Assembly (NCBI RefSeq): GCF_009914755.1
Contig: NC_060940.1
DNA from: the human T2T-CHM13v2.0 reference genome, Homo sapiens
Length of the DNA: 64,000 nucleotides
Strand: one strand, 5' to 3'
The notes under the pieces are model-generated. The model ran no database searches. It had not been told where the DNA came from and was given only the letters and a program-made list of their open reading frames with translations. Of this stretch, positions 29,049 through 42,290 are shown piece after piece; within the stretch, counting starts at the first letter, position 1, and each line of letters opens with the position of its first letter. The position numbers and the translations under genes are program-made.

Positions 29049-29336
29049 CCTCACGGCTCACTAAAAGACAAGTGGATCCCCTGTTCCACACTCCTGAGCA
29101 GGGAGCTGAAACCCCAGGGTCTGGCTCTGATGCCCTCTAGGCTGGGGAACCTTGGTCCGTCCACTGTGACCACGAGCTTTCGGTGCTGGTTGCTGGACCC
29201 GCGGTCATGACCCTGAAGGGAAGAGTGAGGTGTGAGGATGCTGGTGCCTCCCAGAGAGCCTGGCTGCGGTGCTGGCGTGGCTGGACGTGGTCGGCTGCTG
29301 ACGAGATCTCCCGCCTCGGAGGCAGGTCCTGACTGC

Positions 29337-29400
29337 AGGGTTTCCCATGAGAGCCACATGCAGAGGCCCAGGGGGGTCTGGGGCTTCCCTCCTTATAAGC
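29337..29400 (+). promoter_or_regulatory. Candidate core promoter: two kB sites plus TATA
   Basis: AGGGTTTCCC at 29337-29346, GGGGCTTCCC at 29380-29389 (fits GGGRNYYYCC) and TATAA at 29394-29398, in CpG-containing unique sequence. Confidence 0.5.
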
Positions 29401-30152
29401 TGTAGGGAACAAGGCCAGGCAGCCCAGCGCTGGCATCACGAGAGGTGAGTGACAGCAGGACCTGCTTGCGAGGTGCTGGGAGGATTTGCCAAGACGGCTC
29501 CTAAGGGGCCTGCTCGCAGCAACTGCTCTGTTGGCGCTGGCCATTATTCCCGCGGCTTCCTTCAGGGGAACCTCTGAGCGGCCAAGCCAGCCCCATCCTG
29601 CTGGCCTCAGCCCCAAGAGTACTCTACAGACAGGTCATGCCCAAAAGCCCAGGAGGCTCTGAGGCATCCCTACTTGCCACGGGGGGTGCCGAGCCACAAT
29701 GAGCCCAAGGACCCAGTGGGCTTGGGAACACCCGGCTTTGAGGGGCAGAGGCCAGGGCAGCCCTGTTTGCTCCCCTTTCCATGGTGCACATCCCAAATGG
29801 ACGCAGGATTTAGACAGGACCCTTTTCTGTGTGCTTAGCAGCTCACAAGCTCAAAGTACCCCCTCAGCCCACCCTTTGGGTCCCCATCCTGTCTTGGTCT
29901 GTTGAGAAAGCACCTCAGGTCCTGGCATCTTCAGAGAGGCATGACTGACAGTTCCAGGCCTTCCAGCTACTGATGGGACCCAACACTTCATTGTAAGAGA
30001 ACGAGTCATGCTTCCAGTGGCTCTGCTTCTCTAATTTCTGTCTCTTGGAGCTGTAGAGCTGCTCAGAATTTAAATCACAAAAGTGTTATTGTCTCCCTGG
30101 CTTTAGAAAATCATCTGTTGGATTATTGCATTCTTTTCCGTCTTTTGTGTGT

Positions 30153-30275
30153 GTGTATGGAGAATAGGGTCTTGCTATGTTGTGTAGGCTGGATTTGAAC
30201 TCCTTGGCTCAAGCGATCCTCTTGCGTTTGCCTCCCTAAGTGCTGGGATTACAGGCATGAGCCACCATGCCTTGC
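30153..30275 (-). mobile_element. FLAM/AluJ left monomer
   Basis: gggtcttgctatgttg..ggctcaagcgatcctc..gagccaccatgcc. Confidence 0.85.
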
Positions 30276-30894
30276 TGTGCTTTCTTTTTTGGTCAATATT
30301 TGAGCAGGACAAGCCCTCCTGGTTCCACTGGCCAGCCTTGCCAGACACCCCGAAGATGCTGGCAGGGCTGTGGGCACCTCCCCTTTCACTGCTGTGCTCA
30401 GGACCCAGCTTTGTGTCTGGGGCCTTTGGGCCACTGCCTTCCCTCTGCTTTTGGGGAATGAATGAATTTCCAGTGGACAGCGACAGGTCCTGAAACTGAG
30501 TCTAGCCTGTGTGTCATGTCCCGTGGGATAACTGGGTGATGGTTAGAATGGTGCTGATGGAGAGTATTGAAATGCCCATGCCTGGGTCTTCAGACTGGGG
30601 CTGGGGGTTGAGTGATGAGTCAAGGGGGCCATGGAGAGCCAGCCCAGGGCAGGGAGGATCATGGACTCAGTGTGGATGCACTGTGGGGCCCTGGGCACAT
30701 TACTCAGCCTCTTTGGGTCTGTAAAGTGGGAGTAATCCCAGGGTTGCCATGAGAACACGTTGTCTTAAATACCATAGGGGGATGGGGCCAACGTGCACAG
30801 GCCCTGCTGAAGGCACTGCTTTCATAGCACTTTAACTGGCCCACCACATGTGTCCAGCCTGCACTTGCTGTTCCTCCTGAAGACCAACACGTGG

Positions 30895-31260
30895 GCTTCC
30901 GTGTCTGACTTCTTTCACTCGGCGCAATGTTTTTGAGGCTCATGGTGTGTGGTGGGGGTACCCGCGCTTCCTTCCTTCCGTGGCTGAGGAACATTCCCTT
31001 GTATAAAAAGACCATATTTTGTTCATCATTGATGGATATTTAGGCTGTTCTCACTTTTGGCTATTGTGAACAAGCTGCCGTGGACATTTGTTTACAAGTT
31101 TGCAAAACGTTATTTGTTTTATTTTTATTTTTGCATGGAAGTTCATTTTTATTTCTCCTGAGTAGATAGGTGGGAGTGACTCACTGGGTCCCAGGGTTGC
31201 TCCAGGTTGTGGAGGACCTGCCATACTCTTTTCCAAAGTGGCTGCACCAAATCATATGCC
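30895..31260 (-). mobile_element. Old L1M 3' fragment
   Basis: gacttctttcactcggcgcaatgtttttgagg..gatggatatttaggctg..ttccaaagtggctgcacc. Confidence 0.7.
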
Positions 31261-31652
31261 CAAGTGGTTATCTTCCGATGAGCATTCTTCCCTCTTTTCT
31301 CCTTACTTGTATCTTCTAAAATTTCTGCAGTGCTTATCTCCTACTTAGGTTTTTTTTTTCTCTGAAGGTCAGGTTTCCTCACAGAGCAGTGGCACCGGAG
31401 ATAAGGCACAGCTGGTCACACCACCTGGGATGTTCTGGGACTTCAGAAGTGGCCTCATGCTTAGAGGTGATGGGGACACTTCTAAGGGGGGACACTGTAA
31501 AGGAGGGGGGCTCTGGGTAGGTGGAGAGTGAAGGCACATGTGGGGATTCACGGGCTCAATGGGAATTAGTGTCAACCACAGGCTCCGGATCCAGTAGAGA
31601 CTTTCCACAGTTCAGCTTGAATGGCTGCTATAAAGTGAGGCTCACTCCATTT

Positions 31653-32115
31653 TAAAATTTGTTTTATACTATTTTAATGGTTTCAGCTTTTATTTTAGAT
31701 TCAGGGGTACATGTGCAGTTTAGCTACATAGGAATATTGCATGATGCTGAGGTTTGGGGTATAGATGGTCCCATTACCCAGGTAGCGAACACAGCACCCA
31801 GTAGATCGTTTTTCAGCCCTGTCTCCCTCCTCCCCTCCCATGTCTATTAGTCCCAGTGTTTATCATTCCCATCTTTATGTCCATGTGTGCTCAGTGCTCG
31901 GCTCCCACTTAGAAGTGAGAACATGGAGTATTTGGTATCCCGTTCCTGTGTCAATTTGCTCAGTATAATGGCCTCCAGCTGCATCCGTGATGTGCAAATG
32001 ACATGATTTCATTATTTTTCATGGCTATGTAGTATTCCATGGCATGTATGGACCACTTTTCCTCATCCAGTCCGCCACTGATGGGCACCTAGGTTGACTC
32101 CATGCCTCTGCTATT
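31653..32115 (-). mobile_element. 5'-truncated L1PA (PA13-16-like) 3' end
   Basis: ttttattttagattcaggggtacatgtgcag..; TSD ggctcactccattt at 31639-31652 and 32116-32129. Confidence 0.92.
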
Positions 32116-33334
32116 GGCTCACTCCATTTAAAAGTGAAGAAAGGGGTTCCTGTCACCCTTGCCACATCTGGAGTCCTGTCTCCAGCCACTGGGAATCTTG
32201 AATGGTCACATGGGACACCACTGCTAGTCACATCAATGTCTTTAACATTAATAATGTGAGTTCACAGCTAAGGGCCTGTACCAGAGACCAAAGGCTGATG
32301 GCAGCTTCTGGGCCTCATGCTTGCAGGTGGGGGACAGTAAACCTCAGAACAGGTGAAAACCCAGGTAGGCACCCATAGCTGGGGCCAGACTCACCAAGGC
32401 TGACCTGGGGACAGGCTCCCAGAGGTTGAGAGCCCTCATGTCATCCACACATAGCAGACATTCCTGACTTACATTAAAAATAGGCTCTCTCCACACCCCC
32501 CACATGCACATCTCCCTTCTTTTTGGGGTTAAAAGGATCCAGCGCTTTTATTCAAAGGGCGTCCTATGATTCAGATTTTGTAGAATTCAGAATTCTCAGA
32601 TTTGAGAGCTTTGAAGACTTCAGAAGGCCATCCAGTTCAGACTGATCCCTCCTTCTATCCAAACAGATCATTAGACTGATGGGAAGATCAGGGAAGACCC
32701 TCCAGGCAGTTACTAGAGCTCTTCCTTTAAGCTTCCTTAGCAGTAAACTCAGGCAAACTAATAAGATCCACCTCCGAAGGTCGTCGTGAGGATTAAACCA
32801 GATATGCATGTAATGTTCTTAGCAGTATGCCAGACACTCTGCAAATATTCAATAAATGGCAGCATTGTGATTGTCTTGACCATCTTCAACATACAGTGTT
32901 TTCTTTGTTTCCACACCACCCTTTTGAGTCCGTCAAGCCTGCAGTTGGCTCACAAGTGGAAGCTTCCTTCCCGGGCTCTGTTACAACATAGGAGGCAGAG
33001 CTTAAAGCTCCTTCTAGACTGGCAGGAACCAGCTCTCACCTCCGACAGGGGTGAGGCCAGAGGCGTGGGAAAGCCAGATGGGGTGGCGGACGCCACGGTG
33101 CCATGGCCTCCTTCAACCCTCAGGTGTGCAAGGAGGCAGGTGACCTGGGATGTTCTGCAAAACAGGTAGGTTTTCATGCCATTGATTTGATTCTCCTGAA
33201 ACTTAGCCAGTGAATTTTTAAAAAGGGATAAGCCTCAAAGACAATGTAAACAAAAAATATGTCCTGGGCTTTACATCGGTAAAATGGTCTTTTCCTGCCT
33301 CGTGTTTTAAATGCAGGCTCAAAACAGCAGGATG

Positions 33335-33513
33335 AGGAAGGGTGACTGTTAACAGGTACACAGATTCTTTCTGAATTGATAAAAATGTTCCAAAATGGAC
33401 TGTGTTGAGGGTTGTCCAGTTCTGTGAATATACTAAAACCCACTGAATTGTCCACTTTAAATGGGTGAATTGTGTGGTACTTGAGTTATATCTCGATAAA
33501 GCTTCTTTTAAAA
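33335..33513 (+). mobile_element. L1MB/ME 3' end
   Basis: ctgtgaatatactaaaacccactgaattgtccactttaaatgggtgaattg..tatatctcgataaagc. Confidence 0.8.
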
Positions 33514-34384
33514 GTAGATTTTAAAAAGTATTTCATTATTTTTAGACACTTTCCCCAAACACGTATTACCAACACTGGGAGAGACGTAGAGAAACAGACT
33601 GTTTTCAAACCATTTTTGAGTTATTTGAGTTTCAGGTGTGTTTTGTGGTTTTCCTCATTGGCAAAAGTTTACTGTGAGTGAATCGAAGCTTCTTGTCGTG
33701 TCGAGGGGACCGTACTGAGCCTTGGAGGCAACTAAGCAAAAAGAAGGAAGATGGCTCAAAATAAGGGCCTAAGTTATTCCCTGAGTGCATTCAAAGGAGA
33801 AAGATACTAAGGGAGGTCGAGCTAAGCCAGGAGGGCTTCATGGAGGAGGGAACTGAGCTGGAACCTCCAGATTTAATAAAAGTAACAAAGAGTTCTAAGA
33901 AATAATAGCAGCGGCCCTCCTTCACCAGGCACTGGCCCTTCCCCAGGCCCCCTGCCTCCTGCACTTCACAGTTCTCCGGGAGACACAAGTGCCATTTGAG
34001 GAGGGCGATGTCGCCGCCTGCCTTGCCTGGGCGATCCCCTGCCAGAAGCCAGAGAGCAGGGGCCACTGAGAGCCCACGTGGGCAGCTCCCAGGGTACTGA
34101 GGAAGAAGAGAGGCAGTGATGAGATCCAAGCCTGAGACATCCAGCACCTCATGGGGGACTTAGGGTGGGCTGGAGAATAACAGGCGCAAAGGCGTGGGAG
34201 GGACAGAGGGGTTTCATCAAAGACAGCAGGCCCTGGCCTGAGAGGTGGGGCTGACTGAGGATGGCCACGAGGTACCCAGCTGTCCTAAGCTCGTGAATGA
34301 TAGAGGGGTAGGTGGTGTCACCTTTCTCATTAGCATGTGCTGGGCTGTTGTGTAAGTTCTCTTCATTCACTCACTCTAGGTCCT

Positions 34385-34520
34385 CACTACCCAAGGCGTG
34401 GTCCTCAGACATCACCCGGGAGCTGGTTATAAATGGAGAGTCTCAGGCCCCGCCCTGGAGGCCCTGGTTCAGAACCTGCGTTTCAGCAAGAGCTGGAGTG
34501 ATTCAGGCAGGTCACTGCAC
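34385..34520. mobile_element. MER5-type hAT MITE
   Basis: catcacccgggagctggttataaatggagagtctcaggcccc..tcagaacctgcgttt. Confidence 0.65.
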
Positions 34521-36537
34521 TGCTGTAAGTCACCCCCCTGGTTTGGGGATGTGGGAGTGGCTGCTGGCCAGGAACAATCAGTTTCAGGTTTAAACGTGGG
34601 ATTTTCCACCCTTGCGGCAGGGTAACATTGTATCAAGAACAGGAAATACTGGCTGCTTCTCGCCTTCCTTCCTCCCAGGACGAATGCCCCTCATCAATTG
34701 CTGCCTGCTTCCCTGCAGACCCCGGGGATGGCCCCATTATGCCTCTCAACACAAGATGCCTGTGCCTACATTGTGTCCATTTGAGCTGGCAGATGTATAT
34801 ATAAGATTGCTCACTTATAACTTTTGGCAGAAATATAAAACTCAGGGATTATCAGAAAACAAATCCTATAACTGTCTTACATACAATCACTTATACCCAT
34901 GCAATGCCACGGCCAGTAAGGAAAGAGGGAACTCAGCGTGGAGGTCAGGGCACAGGGAAATGACACGACACCTTTGAAGGGTAAGCCCCGAAAGGTCAGT
35001 CTGTGTGCTGGGGGTCCCGTGGACACATCTGTCCCTGGGCATCCCTCCAAAGATGAAGGCTGAATATGTCCCTTGAGTTTGGCGTCGAGGGATGGGCCCA
35101 AGAGGCCAGAGGACACGCAGCACAGGGAGACAGAAAGTCCTTCCAGACAGAGAACAAAGCCACCAGCTCTTGTGCAGAAAGGTGAACTGCGACCTCAGTA
35201 GGCGGTGCTCATCTGTCACAGGTGTTTGTTTGAGTTTGACAATGTGGGGAAAACAGTAGTTCTGTTCTTTCTTTGGTTCCCAAGCATATCTGAACAATTA
35301 TTCTTATTTTTTAAGCATGTAAGAGCTAAGTTTCACACAGAAATGACAATACCGATAAAGCCATGTGACTTTGACGATTGTGGAAATGGGTCAGTGGGTG
35401 AATTTAAGTTCTTCTTCCTTATTTAAAACACTACACTTGAGTTGGATGCTTCAGTCCCCTAGTGTACTTTGTTGAGAGAGGCAAAGATCCAGTTCTGAAT
35501 CTGTGCTCGGATGGCTCTGGGCAAATTGGAGGACGCGATTGAAAGATGCAGTTGTTCCAATTCATGGTGCCTCGATTGAACAACGACGGACCTGGACCTG
35601 GACCGTGCAGGTACCTACAGGCCCTGTGAGTGGGCCTTGGGAAAATGGAACAAAGCAATCGCATGCTGCCTCTGATCGGATTGCTCTCAGTGCCAAGTGC
35701 AGTATAGACAGAAGCTAGCAGTGGGTGCAGGGCAGCGTGGCGTGCTGGGAAGGAGCTACCATGCCGTCTTGAGATGTTGCTGGCAGATCCTCAGTAGCTT
35801 CAGACCCTGCTGGCTTGAGATGATGCCTGCAAAGCCTCAGTACCTTCAGACCCTGGCACTGACACACCGGAGAGTCACTGGGTGGGGGGCGGGCTCTGCG
35901 GCTCCCTGTGGCTGGGGTTTTCCTGGCTCAAATGGAGATCACGGTTGTGTTTCAGGTAGGGCCTGGCACTGAAAATGCTTGGTATGGGTGGAGGTTGTTC
36001 TTTTTACCCACACATGATCTTTAAGATTGTGCTAGCGCATCTCACAAGACATTTGCTAAAACTGAATTGTATAACTTGCTTTGTGTTCAATGAGGAGGGA
36101 GCAGCCACACTGGAGAAAGATTTCAGCCGTGACTACTGTGTATCACACATGAAATCCTGGCTTAAGGCTGTAGGACTCCATTACGCTGTTCCATGCACAC
36201 ACTACGTCTTTGCAGGTATCATGTCATTAGGTGTGATAACAGCTCAGCATTTTTACATTCTCCAAGCTATCATCATGTGCAAGGCATATTAGCTCCTCCT
36301 AGCCCAAAGCCAATAGAAATGTCAGTATGGCCCAAGGGGTGCCTGAGAATTTAAACCATGACACTTGAAGCAGGTCTAGGAGAACCACCCTGGAGGAATG
36401 GGCTGCAGGTGCAGCCTCTCCTGGATTTACAGGCTCATTCCCCAGTGGGCATCATCGTGGCTCCCACCTGGGTTCATCTCTTGAATCAGTTCTCTCTTCT
36501 GCATGGGTATCTGGGTATCCCTTGCAGAGTGCACACC

Positions 36538-36639
36538 TTTTTTATTTTTTGACATGATTTCAGATGTGCAGAAGAGGAGCACAAAAATCTCAAGATACCC
36601 TTCACCCAGAGTCCCCAAAATTAATATTTACCATATTTG

Positions 36640-36720
<81 letters not shown>

Positions 36721-37240
36721 GAAGTTGCAGACAAGATGTGCCTTTACTATTAAATACTGCTGTGTGCATTTCCTGAAAACAAAGGGATTCTCTTCTGTAA
36801 CCACAATGCAATTAACAAAACCAAGGATGTGGCATTGACACAATTCTATTAGCTACAGACCTCATTCACGTTTTTTCAATTGTCCTAAGACTGTTTGAGC
36901 CAAAAGAATATCCAAGATCATGCCTGGCATTCTGTTGTCGCATCTCTTTAGTCTCCATTAAGCAGAAAATCTTGAGTCTTTGTCTTTCATGACATTGATG
37001 TTTATTTTGTAGAATGCGTCACCATTTCAGGTTGTCCGAATTGTCCTTGTGGTCAGATTCACGTCAAGACTTGGGGCAACAACACCAGGATGTAATGTCC
37101 TCATCACATATATTGATCACGGGGCCTGTGGTGTTGATTTAGCCCGCTGCTGGTGGTAATACTTGGGTTATAGTTTTTGTACTGTAAAGTCACTATTTCA
37201 CCTTATGTAGTAAGTTACAAGCATCTTACTAGGAGATCTT
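36538..37240 (-). mobile_element. L1MC4/5-like 3' fragment
   Basis: tacccttcacccaga..gaagttgcagaca..catttcctgaaaacaaagggattctc..ttttgtagaatg. Confidence 0.7.
36645..36716. repeat. (TC)15(AC)21 compound microsatellite
   Basis: Directly visible. Confidence 0.97.
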
Positions 37241-38200
37241 TAGTTAATTTTCCAAAGATTTAACGTGGAGCGAGGAACTCAATCAATGTTGAGCTCCTCT
37301 GAGAATCTAGCCCAGCAAATCCCAGTAGAGTGCAGACCCGGGCTGTGGGGAAGGCACAGGAGAAAACCTTTGAGGGGCCTTCAGGCCGGAAGGAACTTTA
37401 GCTACTCACCAGGTCTGCCCCCTTTTTGGCAGAAAGAGAAACTGGGATCTACAGGAGGGGTGTGCCTAGGGTACAAGGCAGAGAAGGGCACAGATGGCCA
37501 ACTTAACCCTCTTGTGCCCTGGGATGATATAGGTTCCTCACATCACAGTAAGAGAGGACATGCACCCTTCTGCTCACCAAGGGAACAAATGCAAACTAGA
37601 GAACTTGTGGGCATCTTAGACAGGGCTTTCATCTTTTTCTTTTCCTCACCCTCCTGATCATCCTCTGGTTCCTATTATTAAGAAAAAAAAAAAACCTGTC
37701 TGTCTATCCAACTGTCTTGCTATCTCTATCTGTGTATCCTTCTCCATAGCCAACCCTTTTTTATTTCTACTATGTATATATTTCTATACATCTGCGTCTA
37801 TATCCACATTGCAATCTCTCTCTTTCTCTTGGTTTTCTTACCTTTCAATGTTAATTGCTAAATGGGAGTAGAGTGAACAACAATAAGAGCAAAAATATAA
37901 TTTCCTTTACCTTTGCAATAACATTCATAAGGTATTACTGGGAAAACATTAAAAATGGGACCCTTGTTTGAAAGTAGCAGGCAGGAAACACCAAGAAGCT
38001 AGAGAAATTCTCTTCAGAAGCCCCCTCTGGCCCACTGAGGGTCACCTTGCTAGAGGTCATCCCTGTCCCTACAGTGGCATCTTGTATAGTGTAGGGCACT
38101 GGCTGGGTGCCAATCCCGAGTTGAGTGTTGTCCGATGCAGACACCCTTGGCTGATGACCTCAGACTTGCCTCGGAACCCTGGCTTTATGACCCAACTGTG

Positions 38201-38889
<689 letters not shown>

Positions 38890-39474
38890 CCAAGTTTTCT
38901 TGTTATGAGATCTGAATGAATAATTCACTGTGTGTGGTTTGACACTGCAGTGGCTTTTCTGACCCTCCACCTGCCACAATCTCCTTCCTGGATTAAATTC
39001 CTTCTCCTGTACATGCCGAGATGTTTCTGTTCCCCGGTTGTGTCTTGACCAACAGTCTTCACGAAGTCTTTCTTTTCAAGCTTACTCTGTCATGATTTTG
39101 GTGTCTGGTCATGCCCGGAAATGGAATAGAAAGACCTAGGATTCTCCCTTCACCCTAAGGGAAATCCTTGCTTCGCTGAAAATGGGTGAAGCTGTGGGCT
39201 GAAAAAATATGTGTTCCTTCTTTATCTGGCTTCTCTTCACTCAGCTTCTCTGTTCAGTCCCTGCATTATTCATTTTTGGTGCACTTCCAATGATGTCTTA
39301 TTTCACAATCAGCCGTAATACTGATCATAGAAACTTTTGTATGTGCTGCTTTTTGTGCAATAAATCTCTATTTCAAGCAGTACTCCAGTGACTAGCTAAC
39401 AGGCTATCTGTTTCACAGCTATGTAGGATAATTGAGGCCTACTATTACTTTGAGGTTTAATTTCTGAACCTAAT

Positions 39475-39499
39475 TGTGTGTGTGCATGCGTGCAGGTGC

Positions 39500-39541
<42 letters not shown>
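39475..39541. repeat. (TG)n microsatellite
   Basis: Imperfect start, then ~(TG)18 at 39505-39540. Confidence 0.95.
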
Positions 39542-39542
<1 letters not shown>

Positions 39543-39785
39543 CGGGGGAGTCTGTGCACCCATGTGTGTGAACCCAGAATCATACAGGAGACAGGTGAAT
39601 TGGTTGGCGTCTTTGAGTGGTGGGCTTGAAGGCACACAGCCTTCCTGGTTGACCTTAGACCGGTAAATTCAGGCCTGTTAAATTTCAGGTAAGGTCACTG
39701 CCATTTAAGGAGATCTGTTTTGCTTGAATATTCTGACTGTCAGTCCGCAGACATAGGGAGTGTGTGAGTGTGAGTGTGTACCAAG

Positions 39786-39971
39786 ATGAGGAGGATAATC
39801 AGGCTCCGGCTCCGTTTTTCTGACACTTTTATGGCTGCCTTTCTTCTGTGCCTGGGCTTCGTTCTCATGCTCTTTCCCTCGTTGTTGCGGGATGGTGGCA
39901 GCATCAGCAGCTGCAGAAACTCTTGTTCATTTCCTAGCTCCGAGGAGCGTCATTTCTCCAACTTGGAATAA
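39786..39971 (+). CDS. Candidate 61-aa single-pass membrane microprotein (MRRIIRLRLRFSDTFMAAFLLCLGFVLMLFPSLLRD...)
   Basis: ATG with A at -3; Arg-rich N-terminus followed by a 20-residue hydrophobic run; stop TAA overlaps AATAAA; no evidence of translation. Confidence 0.3.
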   Translation: MRRIIRLRLRFSDTFMAAFLLCLGFVLMLFPSLLRDGGSISSCRNSCSFPSSEERHFSNLE

Positions 39972-40120
39972 AAGCCCATCCTCTACCTGATTGGGCCACT
40001 CAGATCAAGGGCTTAACACTAGCAACAGTTGCTAAGGCACTGCTAGAAACCGATTAGCTGAAGCCTGGGTGTCTGAACCAATCATTGCCAAGGGGGCGGG
40101 ACTTGCCCCATCCCTGGAAC
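39790..40120 (-). mobile_element. Ancient MLT1J/K-like MaLR LTR fragment underlying the smORF
   Basis: ctgcctttcttctgtgcctgggcttcgttctca..gatggtggcagcatcagcagctgcag..ctgattgggcc..gcctgggt..tgaaccaatca..gccccatccctggaac follows the reverse MLT1J/K motif order as recalled. Confidence 0.5.
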
Positions 40121-40451
40121 TATGAATGTCTCAGCCCCTTGAGATCACCTGGGCGTGGAAGAAAGTTGAAAAAAGAAATCAGAATTCGCTTAGGATGTAG
40201 GAGGTAGTGTGGATGCTGGGACAGCGACCAGTGCTGTCTACTGTAATTCCCAGTTTGGTGATGAGCAGCGTGAGGCTCAGGAGGATTAAATTTGCCTAAA
40301 GTTGCAGCTGGCCAGTCAAACATTGGAAACCAGATGTATTTTGGCTCTAAAGTCTTGTGGGTTTTCTTTGAACCCACAACTACTCTCTATAGATTGGGGA
40401 CGCTGTGCCAAGCAGCTTTGTAGACTACCAATTACTCAGCCAGCCTGGGAA

Positions 40452-41272
<821 letters not shown>

Positions 41273-42009
41273 AGTTGTGCTCCAGAGAAAGTGGACATTT
41301 TAACTTCTGCGTGGAGGGGTTTGGCTACAAGGTTCAAAACATCTGTCATGACTCTGGAGCCTCCGAAGCCTCCTAACTTCACTGGCCAGTGATGTCCGCT
41401 GCCTCTTCCTCTCTTGAATGTCATCTGGAAAAGTGAGCGGTGATATGTGGAAACGCTTCTCAATGCTCTTCCTGACAGCAATAGTTGGCCTGACACTAGA
41501 ATTCTTCTCCACTGTACACTGACCCCCGTTGTGTGTCTGTTACCACCACGTTACTCGCCTACATTTTTAGCAATGTGTGACCTTGCACGTTTCCTGCCAC
41601 CCTGCGCTCCTGACATGAGTAGTCTTGCATCTCTCTCCCCAGCCAGACAGCATGCATGGGCCAGAGTCATGTGCTTGGGGAAAAGGTGGGTTGTATCGAC
41701 TCCACAACAAGTCAGAGTGCAGTGGGCCCATGTTTTGTAAAACATATGTTTGGCAAATGACTCCCTGTGGGTTGCAGAAATCCAGATGGGGGAAGTTTTC
41801 TAAGTGTGATGTCAGAATGTTACATCTGCTGATCCCACGGTGCATGGGACCAATAAGAAGACGTGAGTTGGTTTGTCCGAGAAATTGCACGGCGTGGAGA
41901 TCTGGGGGGCACATTCGAATCTGGAAAACAAAGGCCATAATGTGCACAGCCCTCTTTGGGCTTGCGTATTGTTAGAGCTAGGAGAAGTCTTAACATTGCC
42001 TAAAAGAGC

Positions 42010-42290
42010 TCCCAATTTTATGCACGAGGAAACTGAGGCATGGGGTGGTGGGTAAGGTGAGTTGCTCAAGGCTGTCTAAGGCTGGAACTTGAACCTGGGG
42101 CTCTGTAGTCTCAGCACAGCACCCTCAGCCCCATCACGCTGGACTAAGGCAGAGATTAAGGTTCTGGGTGTAACGTCAGACTGCCTGGAGGGCTAAGGCT
42201 CTGTTCCATCTGCTGAAAAGCTGTGCCACCCTGAGCCTCAGTTTCCTCATCTGAAAGCAGGGATTACAACAGGGCTTGTAGGTAGGGGTG
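42010..42290. mobile_element. Two MIR fragments in opposite orientation
   Basis: gaggaaactgaggca (~42026, minus) and gagcctcagtttcctcatctg (~42233, plus). Confidence 0.7.

Noticed and set aside
39478-39666. Hydrophobic 62-aa ORF with a CVCVCV run
   Set aside because: Hydrophobicity comes only from the TG microsatellite; non-ATG start
39689-39750. GT..AG mini-intron between the strong donor and the smORF acceptor
   Set aside because: At 62 nt it is below the usual human minimum; the two sites more likely belong to different isoforms
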